Origin: an uncultured Acidobacteriaceae bacterium
Lineage (GTDB): Bacteria; Acidobacteriota; Terriglobia; Terriglobales; Acidobacteriaceae
Direction of reading: 5' to 3'
Assembly (NCBI GenBank): GCA_963702325.1
Contig: CAVPCG010000025.1
Coordinates: 36,124-100,123, forward strand
DNA length: 64,000 nucleotides
Part shown: positions 1-8,362 of the stretch, in pieces
Layout of the letters: each line of letters begins with the position of its first letter
Numbering within the stretch: position 1 is the first letter of the stretch
Position numbers and translations under genes: made by a program
Notes under the pieces: model-generated
What the model was told of the DNA's origin: nothing
What the model saw: the letters and a program-made list of their open reading frames with translations, nothing else
Database searches by the model: none

Positions 1-573
1 AGCATCGTCGCCAGAAAAAACTAAAAAGCTTTCCGGAACCAGATTGCACATCTCGGCGACCTGCGTCATGTCGCCGCTGGCTTCTTTCACACCTGCTATG
101 TTCGGCAACTCGGCCAGCCTGGCCAAAGTTGCAGGCTCAATATTCGCTCCCGTGCGGCTGGGAACGTTGTATAGAATGATCGGCTTATTGACCGCCTCGG
201 CAATCGCCCGAAAATGCTGATACTGGCCTTCTTGTGTGGGCTTGTTGTAATACGGAGAGGCCGTAAGAATCGCATCTACTCCGGCCATCGCGGAGATCTC
301 TTTCGCTTTCGCAACCGCGTCCTGGGTTGAGTTCGAGCTCGCACCCGCAACGATTGGCACGCGCCCCGCAGCCGTTTCGACGGTGATCGAAATAACCCGC
401 AACCATTCGTCATGATAGAGGGTAGGGGTTTCGCCAGTGGTGCCACAGGGGACAAGAAAATCAATGCCGGATTCCACCTGCCATGCGACCAGATTTCGCA
501 AAGCGGCTTCGTCAATGGAACCGTCCTGACGAAACGGAGTTACGAGCGCGGTACCGCATCCCCGGAGTTGCAT
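1..573 (-). CDS. dapA: 4-hydroxy-tetrahydrodipicolinate synthase, N-terminal ~190 aa (C-terminus lies beyond the window edge)
   Basis: Own translation of the minus strand from ATG 573..571: MQLRGCGTALVTPFRQDGSIDEAALRNLVAWQVESGIDFLVPCGTTGETPTL...SPYYNKPTQEGQYQHF...IILYNVPSRTG...GVKEASGD. These are DapA/NAL-family motifs. It is absent from the ORF track because it is open at the window edge. Confidence 0.85.
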   Translation of the reverse strand, partial: MQLRGCGTALVTPFRQDGSIDEAALRNLVAWQVESGIDFLVPCGTTGETPTLYHDEWLRVISITVETAAGRVPIVAGASSNSTQDAVAKAKEISAMAGVDAILTASPYYNKPTQEGQYQHFRAIAEAVNKPIILYNVPSRTGANIEPATLARLAELPNIAGVKEASGDMTQVAEMCNLVPESFLVFSGDDA

Positions 574-650
574 GCTACTTTGCATGCTACTAAGATACCG
601 CGAACTTCGGTCTCTGCAAACCGACGACGTGGAACGGATTGTTCTTAATC

Positions 651-1424
651 CTACTTGCTCGCTGTCTGATTGGTTGGCTTCGTCACGATTTTGGCCAGCG
701 CTGCGGCGAGCTCATCTGACTTAAAACCAAATGGTCCCGGCTTGCTTTTGTAAGTAATCTTACCGTGCGGATCAATCACATACATGCGATCCGGCCAGCC
801 CGTATAGGCGCGTTCGGTGGAGTTACCAAACTCATCCAACACGGCGGGAAATTTCAAATTAAGTTTCCGTACACAAGCTCCGGCGATGGATGCTCTCTCT
901 TCTTCATCTTTTGGGGTGGCGAAAACAACTTTGTCTTTTATATTGCTCTGCATTTGCCACACGTCGCTTGGATGGGCTTCGGTGATGTAAACCACCAGGA
1001 ATGCGACGCGGTCATGATACTGCTCGTAGAGCTTATTGATAGCGGGAGCCTCCCGCCGGAATGGCGGTCAAGTATAGCTGCCGAAGACCAGCATAACCGG
1101 CTGCCGTTGATTCAACTCCGAAAGCCGGATGGTCCCACTCTTGTCCAACTTATTCAGCGAAAAGTCTGGAGCAGCGTCTCCCACATTGAGAGTTCCGGCG
1201 CGGGCGCGCGTCCATAATGTTTCAAATGGATAAAGCAAAAAAGGGACCGGACCGGGCATTTTCGCCATCACGCGCCCGAACTCTTCGGGAGGCTGATGCA
1301 TAGACCACCAGATGAATCCTCCAAATGCCAGGTAAATCACCAGCAGCCCAATTGAAACGCGAAGCAGTCGCCGTCGGGCAGTCGGACTCAATTTCCAGGA
1401 CGGAAGCGAAATTTTCCGAATCAT
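651..1424 (-). CDS. iodothyronine-deiodinase-like thioredoxin-fold protein with in-frame UGA at codon 119 (candidate selenocysteine) and an N-terminal TM anchor
   Basis: Track ORFs 1068..1424 and 651..995 are in the same frame and separated only by TGA 1068..1070. The joined protein reads ...QPVMLVFGSYT-U-PPFRREAPAINKLYEQYHDRVAFLVVYITEAHPSDVW...MYVIDPHGKITYKSKPGP. This matches the deiodinase active site FGS(C/A)T-U-PPF and the YIxEAHPSDGW motif. TM helix: LLRVSIGLLVIYLAFGGFIWW. The start overlaps the upstream stop as ATGA. Confidence 0.75.
1042..1067 (-). promoter_or_regulatory. candidate bacterial SECIS hairpin downstream of UGA 1068..1070
   Basis: mRNA reads UGA CCGCCAUUCCG GCGGGA-GGC-UCCCGC. 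A 6-bp GC-rich stem (1056..1051 pairing with 1047..1042) starts 11 nt after the UGA and carries a GGC apical loop about 20 nt from the U. An alternative CCGCC/GGCGG pairing overlaps it. Folded by eye only. Confidence 0.4.
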
Positions 1425-2002
1425 CTAGTTGCCACCGCCTGCAACGGCTGCTTCCGGTCGCGGCCTGCGTAGCCGAGTTGCGCCGTTTGCTTGCCAATTT
1501 CCCGGTACATTTCAGGATCGCGAGGCTGCCACGTGCCCAAACCATCCACGTACCGATTGAACATGCAGAAAGCCGCAGCGATCAATACCGTATCGTGGAT
1601 TTCTTTATCGGACGCTCCGCCCTCTCGAGCTCGCTCGACGTCTTGCGCGGTAACGTGCTTGCCGCCCTTCTGAACCTTCCCTGCAATATTTAGAAGTGCT
1701 TTCATCTTGTCTGAAACTTCGGCCGTCTCGAAGTTCTGTTTGACCTGACTAACCAATTCATAATCGGCCCCGCTGCCGCCAAGATGCTGTGCCGCCGTAG
1801 ATCCGTGACATGTCTGGCAGTAGTAACAGTCATTCTGAGAAGAAACATATGCCGCGATGATCTCGCGTTCGGCGGGAGTTAAGGTGTTTGGACCTCGCAA
1901 CAGAACCTCTGCCAGTTCGCACAGGGGTCTGGTGGTTGCTGGACTAAATGCGAGCGGCCCTCGAATGCCAGGAAGTTCTTCGGGAAGCTTGATATAAGCC
2001 AT
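1421..2002 (-). CDS. AhpD-like / carboxymuconolactone decarboxylase family peroxidase-related protein (Cys form, CxxC)
   Basis: Track ORF 1421..2032. Motif SSQNDCYYCQTCHGS (CxxC-xx-H of the AhpD core) and FNRYVDGLG near the C-terminus. I prefer the internal ATG at 2002 (MAYIKLPEE), which has a weak AGGA upstream. The stop overlaps the next gene start (ATGA). Confidence 0.75.
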   Translation of the reverse strand: MAYIKLPEELPGIRGPLAFSPATTRPLCELAEVLLRGPNTLTPAEREIIAAYVSSQNDCYYCQTCHGSTAAQHLGGSGADYELVSQVKQNFETAEVSDKMKALLNIAGKVQKGGKHVTAQDVERAREGGASDKEIHDTVLIAAAFCMFNRYVDGLGTWQPRDPEMYREIGKQTAQLGYAGRDRKQPLQAVATR

Positions 2003-2329
2003 TTGCAAGTCCTGCTTTGGAAGTAGTCCCATCCGGCCGCAAGCCGGGATGACAGCCAGACCACGTTAATCGTGGAGACATTCGCGAGCAATACTACAAA
2101 CAGATTACTGACCGCGGGCGATCCCACGCCTTCTTTTTGTCGGTCCCAACTTTTTTCGCGGGGTCTAATTGTTTTTCGTTATTGTGCTTCCGTCAGCGGG
2201 TAATTACTTTAGCGCATGTTTCGGCGCGGCCACCGGATCATTCACTGAAATCGGTAATCAAAGCCGTCACATGTTTTGAAGCACTTATCTGAAGATCTCG
2301 ATAAGCCGCTCGACATTCAGGAGGCGAAG

Positions 2330-2704
2330 ATGAAATTGAAGAACGTAGTGCGATTAGGATTTCTGTCCGCGTTTGCTTTCGTGCTGATAGCGGCCAGTGC
2401 AGATTCCGGCAAATCAATTGTAGTAAAAGGATACGTTCTTGATTCCGCATGCGCATTCACCAAAGGCCTGAAGAAGCCTATCAGCGCCGAATGTGCAACT
2501 GCATGCGCAAAGGCCGGGTCTCCGCTTGTAATCCTGTCAGACAGCGGGAAAATTTATTGGCCAATCGCCGATACCACACCCGCCAGCGGACAGAATGACA
2601 AGCTGCTGCCGTTCGCAGGGCAAAAAGTTACTGCCAGCGGAAAAACATTTCAGCGTGGCGGTTCGACCGCACTGGTGATCGAAAAAATCGAACCGCAGAA
2701 CTAA
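2330..2704 (+). CDS. small secreted Cys-containing hypothetical protein
   Basis: Track ORF 2276..2704. ATG 2330 is preceded by AGGAGG. Signal-peptide-like MKLKNVVRLGFLSAFAFVLIAASA. Four Cys (DSACAF, ECATACAKAG). No family recognised. Confidence 0.55.
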   Translation: MKLKNVVRLGFLSAFAFVLIAASADSGKSIVVKGYVLDSACAFTKGLKKPISAECATACAKAGSPLVILSDSGKIYWPIADTTPASGQNDKLLPFAGQKVTASGKTFQRGGSTALVIEKIEPQN

Positions 2705-2902
2705 ATCAGTCGTTCCATATCTGTCGTTTTTAATTCTTTTGAAAGAAAGAGGGGTATCCCTGGTCCTGATTCTGCTGGCCTTGGTAGCGTTGCGAAGTCC
2801 GCGGGGAAACCTTGCTCGGTGTCGCAGTGGTTCTCGCGGGATTGCCCGTTTACAGCTTGTTTCAGCGCAAGGTAACCTGAAAGCCAGAGGGAAGGATTGC
2901 AA

Positions 2903-3498
2903 ATGAACGAAGAGAATGCCATAAAACCCGCCACGAAAATCAAAATCATCGAAGACGCGGAAGCAACCGGCGAAACCGCCGCCGCCTACGATTTCTGGCG
3001 CAGTGGCTCAGGCAGGCAGCAAGTTCCCGGAATCATCAAGTGCTTCGGAGCGCGTCCTGATTTTTTGCGGCAAGTAGTCGAATTTTCAAACACCGTTCAC
3101 TTTTCCGAAGGGCATCTCTCTCGCCGCCACAAAGAGATGATCGCCAGCTACGTCTCTTACTTAAACCGGTGCCCATATTGACTGGACAGCCATGCCTACT
3201 TCCTGCGTGTTCAGGGAGCAACCGATCAATGCGTAGCGGCGATTTTCGAAGGCAGGCTGGATGACGCAGGCTTGACCGAGGCAGAGCGCGCCCTCTGAAT
3301 TACGCGGAGCTGATCACCGAAGCTGCTTACCGTTCAACGCCCGAAGACGTTGACAAGTTGCGAAATGCGGGCTGGAACGAAGATCAGATCGCAGAGGCCG
3401 TGTATGTCATCGCACTATTCGCTTTCTTCAATCGCGTCGCCGATGCCTTCGGCGTGCCCGCCCAGAACTATCTTGCCACCGGGAAAATGACCCCTTAG
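2903..3498 (+). CDS. AhpD-like / CMD family protein with in-frame UGA in a CxxU motif (candidate selenoprotein), plus an apparent 1-nt frameshift near 3295
   Basis: Track ORF 2897..3181 ends ...SYVSYLNRCPY at TGA 3179..3181. Reading continues in frame as LDSHAYFLRVQGATDQCVAAIFEGRLDDAGLTEAERAL, then TGA 3296..3298. The -1 frame continues LNYAELITEAAYRSTPEDVDKLRNAGWNEDQIAEAVYVIALFAFFNRVADAFGVP...TAG 3496..3498. NRCPY-U-LDSH aligns with NDCYY-C-QTCH of the paralog at 1421..2002. Confidence 0.7.
3197..3220 (+). promoter_or_regulatory. candidate bacterial SECIS hairpin downstream of UGA 3179..3181
   Basis: CUUCCUG-CGUGUU-CAGGGAG: 7 pairs (3199..3205 with 3212..3218, one G-U), with a 6-nt loop containing GU that lies 27-32 nt after the U of UGA. 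Folded by eye only. Confidence 0.35.
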
Positions 3499-3554
3499 CG
3501 CACAGCTAATGAGTCTGTGTGAGAACTCCTTGTTGCAATAAATGAGTGGAACGA

Positions 3555-3775
3555 ACTCTGCCAGAACCCAGCCCCGAAGGGGCGAATGAAAATAGCCCAG
3601 CGCTTCAGCGCTGGAAAAGCGGAAAAAATGATTCAAGTCCCGGAGGGACGGCTGAGTTCTAACACAGACTCTAAAGTCCCTCTGCGCAGGGGCAGGTGCT
3701 CTCACCTGCCCAGCCGAGCAAAGCTCGGCTTCCGGTATGTCGGCTCGCTTTCGATCAAAAAAACAACGCCCGATG
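3555..3775. repeat. mosaic of short GC-rich hairpin modules (intergenic)
   Basis: A chain of small palindromes: GCCCC-GAA-GGGGC, CCAGCGC-TTC-AGCGCTGG, GTCCC-GGA-GGGAC, CAGGTG-CTCT-CACCTG and AGCCGAGC-AAA-GCTCGGCT. The overlapping ORFs 3415..3831 and 3586..3795 are translations of these repeats. Confidence 0.5.
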
Positions 3776-3782
3776 ACATTCG

Positions 3783-4481
3783 CTATTTGGGCTGAGGAAC
3801 CACCCGCAAATACGGCTTCAACGTCTTCCAACCGGCGGGATACAACTTCTGCGCCTCTTCATTGGAAACCGCGCCGCTGATGATCACGTCATCGCCGGGC
3901 TTCCAGTTCGCCGGCGTAGAGACCTTGTGCTTGGTGGTCAACTGTAACGCATCGAGCACCCGCAGCACTTCGTCAAAGTTCCGGCCCGCGCTCATCGGAT
4001 AGATGAGCTGAAGTTTAATTTTCTTGTCGGGGCCAACCACAAACACCGTACGCACGGTGGCATTGTCGCTCGGTGTGCGACCTTCAGAAGTAGTCCCGCT
4101 CGACGCCGGCAACATGCCGTAGAGCTTCGCCACTTTCAGTTCCGGATCACCAATCATCGGATAATTCACCTTGTGACCCTGCGTCTCTTCGATATCGAGA
4201 GCCCACTTGCTGTGACTGCTAACAGGATCAACGCTGAGTCCGATGATCTTCGTATTCCGTTGTGCGAATTCGGGCTGAAGTCCCGCCATCGTCCCAAGTT
4301 CGGTTGTGCAAACGGGAGTGAAATCTTTCGGGTGAGAAAACAAAATCGCCCATCCATCGCCGATCCATTCGTGAAAGTTAATCTTCCCCTGCGTGGTATC
4401 GGCGGTGAAATCAGGGGCCGTGTCATTGATGCGAAGCGCTGGCGCTTGGGCGGTCGGAGTTGCTGTATCTGTGCTCATCAT
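3783..4481 (-). CDS. 1-Cys peroxiredoxin (Prx6-like)
   Basis: FSHPKDFTPVCTTELG peroxidatic-Cys motif with a single conserved Cys. Full-length 232 aa ORF. GAGGAGAG RBS upstream. Confidence 0.9.
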   Translation of the reverse strand: MMSTDTATPTAQAPALRINDTAPDFTADTTQGKINFHEWIGDGWAILFSHPKDFTPVCTTELGTMAGLQPEFAQRNTKIIGLSVDPVSSHSKWALDIEETQGHKVNYPMIGDPELKVAKLYGMLPASSGTTSEGRTPSDNATVRTVFVVGPDKKIKLQLIYPMSAGRNFDEVLRVLDALQLTTKHKVSTPANWKPGDDVIISGAVSNEEAQKLYPAGWKTLKPYLRVVPQPK

Positions 4482-4562
4482 TCTCTCCTCATAAAATTAA
4501 TCTCCCGGAATTACCGGGGCGGAAGTGCGGAATCGCCCGAAGCTCGTCGGGCGAAGTTCCTT

Positions 4563-4598
4563 GCAAAAAGAAACCCACCCAATGTGCGGCGGGTGGGT
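4563..4598 (-). terminator. terminator-like hairpin plus U-run in the region upstream of the peroxiredoxin gene
   Basis: Minus strand: ACCCACCC-gccgcacatt-GGGTGGGT followed by TTCTTTTTG. Two further hairpins (CGCCCGA/TCGGGCG at about 4534..4553 and CCCCGG/CCGGG at about 4508..4522) lie between it and the RBS. Confidence 0.4.
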
Positions 4599-4685
4599 TA
4601 CGGAAAAACTACTGCGCTACCCACACGCCGGCGCCCGTATACAACAACACAGGCCTGCCGGAATGGAGCCTACGCGCATGGGTAC

Positions 4686-4714
4686 AGCATACTCATGGGC
4701 CGGAATTCAGTCAA
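4686..4714 (-). promoter_or_regulatory. candidate sigma70-type promoter (TTGACT-N17-TATGCT) facing the peroxiredoxin gene
   Basis: Minus strand TTGACT (4714..4709), a 17-nt spacer, then TATGCT (4691..4686). Sequence match only. Confidence 0.3.
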
Positions 4715-4925
4715 TGAGAACGCGATAGCATGCGCCGAATCACCCGAAACGTTACAAACGGTCCCAAGTCATATGTCTGACGAGTCACTCGCCCGCATTC
4801 AGATATGCAACGAACCTCCAATTCTCATCGCAGAATTTCGAGTACCTCCCCGCAGTGGCTCGGATACCAGAGGGCTATCGGATACTAGAGTGGTAGTAGT
4901 GCATCCGCACAGGCTAACGTAAGCG

Positions 4926-7892
4926 TTGATGTGCTGGCTTACCGATTGCGTCGTACTCCGAAAGTATTGTTTACATGTGTCTTTCCTTGTCGTCTTGGCC
5001 ATTTTCGCTGGCCGCGTGGCTGCCCAGGCTCCCGACACAGCAACTCTCAAAGGGCAAATAAGCGATCAGAGCCATGCCGCGGTACCGGGCGCTGAGATCA
5101 TGCTCAAGGGAACGCTCACGAGCCTCGAGCGCAATGCGCACTCAGATTCGTCTGGGAACTTCAGCCTGTCCGGCTTGGCAATCGGTCAATATGCACTGAC
5201 TGTGCGCAAGGAGGGCTTTGCAAATGCGAGCCAGACCCTGACGCTTGTCGCCGGAACTACGGCCGATCTTAAGATTCAACTCAGTGTTTCGGCCGTACAA
5301 ACGCAGATTCAGGTGACCGGAACGGCCGGGGAAGTTCGCAGCGACGAGCCCCAACTTGGCGATCGTTTGAGTTCAGCAGAGGTGCAGGAATTGCCGCTGC
5401 TAAACCGGAGGATTACGTATCTGCCCCTGGTGAATGCGGCGAACCACCCGGCGCTGAACCAGGGCGATGTCTTCATGAACCAGGATCTTTTTGCGACGAA
5501 TGGCTCAGGACGCCGGCAAACGTCGTGGGTGGTGGATGGCAGCACGGGAAACGACAGTTGGGGAAGGCAGACAATTTTCACCAACGTCCCGCGAGAGGCC
5601 GTGGAGGAGATGACCGTACTCGAGAACGCGTTTTCAGCCGAATACGGCGCAACTACTGGCGGTGTGGTAAATGTCGTCACCAAAACAGGCGGCGATGAAT
5701 ATCACGGAGACCTACTCGGAATGTGGCGGCCAAACGGTACCGCTGCCAGGCTCGCGGGCTTCACCCCAAACAATGCGACCAGCGGCAACCAGATCGTCAG
5801 CGATTCGTTAGGCCAGACGGGAGCTTCGCTTGGCGGGCCGGTGCCCGGCAGCGACCGCACTCACTTTTTCTTTGCCGGTGAGTATAGTCACGAAGATCGC
5901 GGCTCCCCGGTAACGTCCCCACTCGAACCCAGCGTTTTCGTCGGGCATTATACCGATTGGATGACCTTTCTTCGCATTGACCATCGCATCAGCGATGCGA
6001 ACGCACTCTTCTTGCGGGCGAATACTGACAGCTTCCATGACACCGACCCCAACGGCACCGTGGGTGGAAACAGCCTGCCGACCGTGGATCGAATCTTCCG
6101 CCGGCGGACGTATTCTCTGGAGCTTGGCGACACGGCCATCCTCTCGCCATCGTGGCTCAACACCGCCCGTGCTCAATTCCAACTTGCTTCGCCAATCACG
6201 GAATTCGATCCCGTCATTTTCGGAACCCAATTTATCGTGCCGATCACTCAGGGTGGAACGTTTACCAGCGGAACCTCGCAGTCGGCGCTGCTTCTCAATC
6301 GCCAGTATGATTTCAATGACACGGTGGCGGCAAATTGGAACCAGCACCAATTCAAGTTCGGCGCTGATGTCGTGCACTCTCACAGCGGAGGGAACAGCAA
6401 GGAATTTGGTGGTCCCTTCTTCCTGGGACAGCTCACCTACAATCCGTGCAATCTGGGGCTTGCCCAATGCGAAAGCTCGGCCTATCTAGGCAATATCGCC
6501 AACGTGGCGAGCTACAACCAGAGCTACGGCAACGCCAGTTACACCGTGGACGATACGATCTGGGCGCTCTTCGCGCAGGACAACTGGAAAATCCGCCGCG
6601 ATCTGACGCTCGATTTGGGGCTGCGCTATGAGCAGCAGACGTTTACCGATTCCCGCAAGGATTTTGCGCCCCGACTCGGCTTTGCCTATGACTGGCAGGA
6701 CCGCGGCACCACTGTCATCCGTGGCGGGTTCGGAATCTATTACTCACAGATGGTGGACAATGCTGCCGCGAATTATGCGCTCAGCGGGCCCACCGGCTTT
6801 TTCAATTTTTCCGCGGGCCCGGGCCAAGTCGGATTCCCGGCAAGTGTGTCGGACGTACCGCTGCCGGCCTTTCCTCAGGGGGCTGTCGCACCCGTACGCA
6901 GTATTTACATCCGGCCTGGGCGAGCCGCGTTCTATAACCAGTTTTTCGATACCTCGTTGCTTATTCGATATCCAGATGCGTTGCTCAATCCATCCTCTGA
7001 GCAATGGACTTTTGGCGTCCAGCGGCAACTCGGGAAAGGCTGGGTGCTCAGTGCGGATTACGTGGGATCGCATGCCATCCACGTGTTGCGGCCGCTCGAC
7101 GTGGATCCTCCGTCGCCTTTCGTTCGCACCGCCCAGGGGCAAACTCGCAGCGCACAGGCAGCGAACTGCACGCGTCCCCTGTGGATTGCGTTCTATGAAG
7201 CCGCGGGGCGCACCTGCAACCCCAGCGCGGCGAATCCGCCCCAACCCGCATACGGTGTGATTCAAACGGACGTGAACGACGGTTACGCCCGCTACAACGC
7301 GCTGGATCTCAATCTCAGTCACCAGTTCGCGCGCCGCTTCGCTATGCTCGCGAGCTATGTGTACTCGCACGCGATTGACAACGTTGATCCCGATGTTCCT
7401 GGCCAAAATCCGAACGATCCGAATTTCACCGGAAAACAAGAAGAAGGCAACGCGATTTTCGATGAGAGGCACCGCTTCGTGCTCAGCGGCACATATCATG
7501 CTCCGCTTGGTTTGGATTTCGGCGGAATTGCCACACTCGCTTCGGGCCTGCCCTTCAACTATGTGACCGGATCAACCAACAGTGGTGACACCGGCGGGAC
7601 CACAGATCGTCCGGTAATCAATGGCGTGGTGGTCGGGCGCAACACCGGGCGAGGAAACGCGATCTATGATTTTTCGCCATTCCTTGAGAAGTCGTTCAGG
7701 CTCACGGACCGATTTCGAATACAGGGCCGCGTCGAATCCTTCAACGTGTTCAATCACTCGAATTTTGTCGGCTATAACAGCACCTTCGGCAACCAGGCCA
7801 CGTCGAGTGCCGCTCTCGGGCTGCCTCTCACTGGAATCACGAACCAACTGCCCGCTCGCTCGCTACAGTTTATGGTGCGATTGGTGTATTGA
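4926..7892 (+). CDS. TonB-dependent outer-membrane receptor with N-terminal carboxypeptidase-regulatory-like domain
   Basis: 988 aa. Signal peptide ...LAIFAGRVAAQAP. CarboxypepD_reg-like segment (GQISDQSHAAVPGAEIMLKG...GNFSLSGLAIGQYALTVRKEGF). Plug/barrel-type sequence (VLENAFSAEYG, GGVVNVVTKTG). C-terminal aromatic residue. The ATG at 4929 is equally possible. Confidence 0.85.
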   Translation: MMCWLTDCVVLRKYCLHVSFLVVLAIFAGRVAAQAPDTATLKGQISDQSHAAVPGAEIMLKGTLTSLERNAHSDSSGNFSLSGLAIGQYALTVRKEGFANASQTLTLVAGTTADLKIQLSVSAVQTQIQVTGTAGEVRSDEPQLGDRLSSAEVQELPLLNRRITYLPLVNAANHPALNQGDVFMNQDLFATNGSGRRQTSWVVDGSTGNDSWGRQTIFTNVPREAVEEMTVLENAFSAEYGATTGGVVNVVTKTGGDEYHGDLLGMWRPNGTAARLAGFTPNNATSGNQIVSDSLGQTGASLGGPVPGSDRTHFFFAGEYSHEDRGSPVTSPLEPSVFVGHYTDWMTFLRIDHRISDANALFLRANTDSFHDTDPNGTVGGNSLPTVDRIFRRRTYSLELGDTAILSPSWLNTARAQFQLASPITEFDPVIFGTQFIVPITQGGTFTSGTSQSALLLNRQYDFNDTVAANWNQHQFKFGADVVHSHSGGNSKEFGGPFFLGQLTYNPCNLGLAQCESSAYLGNIANVASYNQSYGNASYTVDDTIWALFAQDNWKIRRDLTLDLGLRYEQQTFTDSRKDFAPRLGFAYDWQDRGTTVIRGGFGIYYSQMVDNAAANYALSGPTGFFNFSAGPGQVGFPASVSDVPLPAFPQGAVAPVRSIYIRPGRAAFYNQFFDTSLLIRYPDALLNPSSEQWTFGVQRQLGKGWVLSADYVGSHAIHVLRPLDVDPPSPFVRTAQGQTRSAQAANCTRPLWIAFYEAAGRTCNPSAANPPQPAYGVIQTDVNDGYARYNALDLNLSHQFARRFAMLASYVYSHAIDNVDPDVPGQNPNDPNFTGKQEEGNAIFDERHRFVLSGTYHAPLGLDFGGIATLASGLPFNYVTGSTNSGDTGGTTDRPVINGVVVGRNTGRGNAIYDFSPFLEKSFRLTDRFRIQGRVESFNVFNHSNFVGYNSTFGNQATSSAALGLPLTGITNQLPARSLQFMVRLVY

Positions 7893-7933
7893 AGCCGGGT
7901 GACGTAAGCTAGTGTTCTTTGGAGAACAGCTCG

Positions 7934-8362
7934 ATGAGGTCAGCGCCCAAATCGGGTTCAAAGCCGCCTCAACTGGGTCCATTGGAGACGCATCTGCTCG
8001 CGTTGTTGTGCCAGCGGAAACATGCCACAGTCCGTGAACTGCTGGACTCAGGAAAAATTGAGGCCGCCTACACCACGGTCATGACGACCTTGGACCGGTT
8101 GTACAAAAAGGGGTTTCTGAGTCGCGCTACCGATGCTCAGGGACAGGCATTTCGCTATCGCCTGAAGCAGGACGAGCAGACGTTTTACCACGCTGTTCTC
8201 GGAGCGAATCTCAACCGCTTACTGCAATCCGCTGCGAACCCTTCCCTGCCTCTTTCCTATCTGGTTGATGCCGTAACCGAGCATGACCGCGCATTGCTTG
8301 ACGAATTGCAGCGCGCCGTCAATCGCAAGCGGCAGGAATTGCGCCGGAGGGAAAAACTGTGA
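7934..8362 (+). CDS. BlaI/MecI/CopY-family winged-helix transcriptional repressor
   Basis: LGPLETHLLALLCQRKHATVRELLDSG...AYTTVMTTLDRLYKKGFLSR is typical of the Penicillinase_R family. The track ORF starts at 7919 (TTG); ATG 7934 follows a GGAG. Confidence 0.8.
   Translation: MRSAPKSGSKPPQLGPLETHLLALLCQRKHATVRELLDSGKIEAAYTTVMTTLDRLYKKGFLSRATDAQGQAFRYRLKQDEQTFYHAVLGANLNRLLQSAANPSLPLSYLVDAVTEHDRALLDELQRAVNRKRQELRRREKL

Noticed and set aside
1068-1070. TGA as an ordinary stop, giving two separate genes or a dead gene
   Set aside because: This is not fully excluded but judged less likely. The downstream reading frame stays open and strongly family-like for 138 more codons, the stop coincides with the known Sec position of the family, and a second gene 2 kb away shows the same pattern.
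4501-4620. tRNA-Sec (selC) candidate among the GC hairpins near the selenoprotein genes
   Set aside because: I could not fold a cloverleaf on either strand: no 8-bp acceptor stem and no anticodon loop with UCA. The hairpins look like leader or terminator structures.
4173-4922. 249-aa plus-strand ORF
   Set aside because: It is antisense to the well-supported peroxiredoxin gene for its first 300 nt and runs through hairpin-rich intergenic DNA. Its Arg/Ser-rich composition is typical of antisense frames in GC-rich DNA.
5808-7499. Minus-strand ORFs 5808..6467 and 6744..7499 (219 and 251 aa)
   Set aside because: They lie entirely inside, and antisense to, the TonB-dependent receptor gene. They have no recognisable motifs and are Arg-rich.
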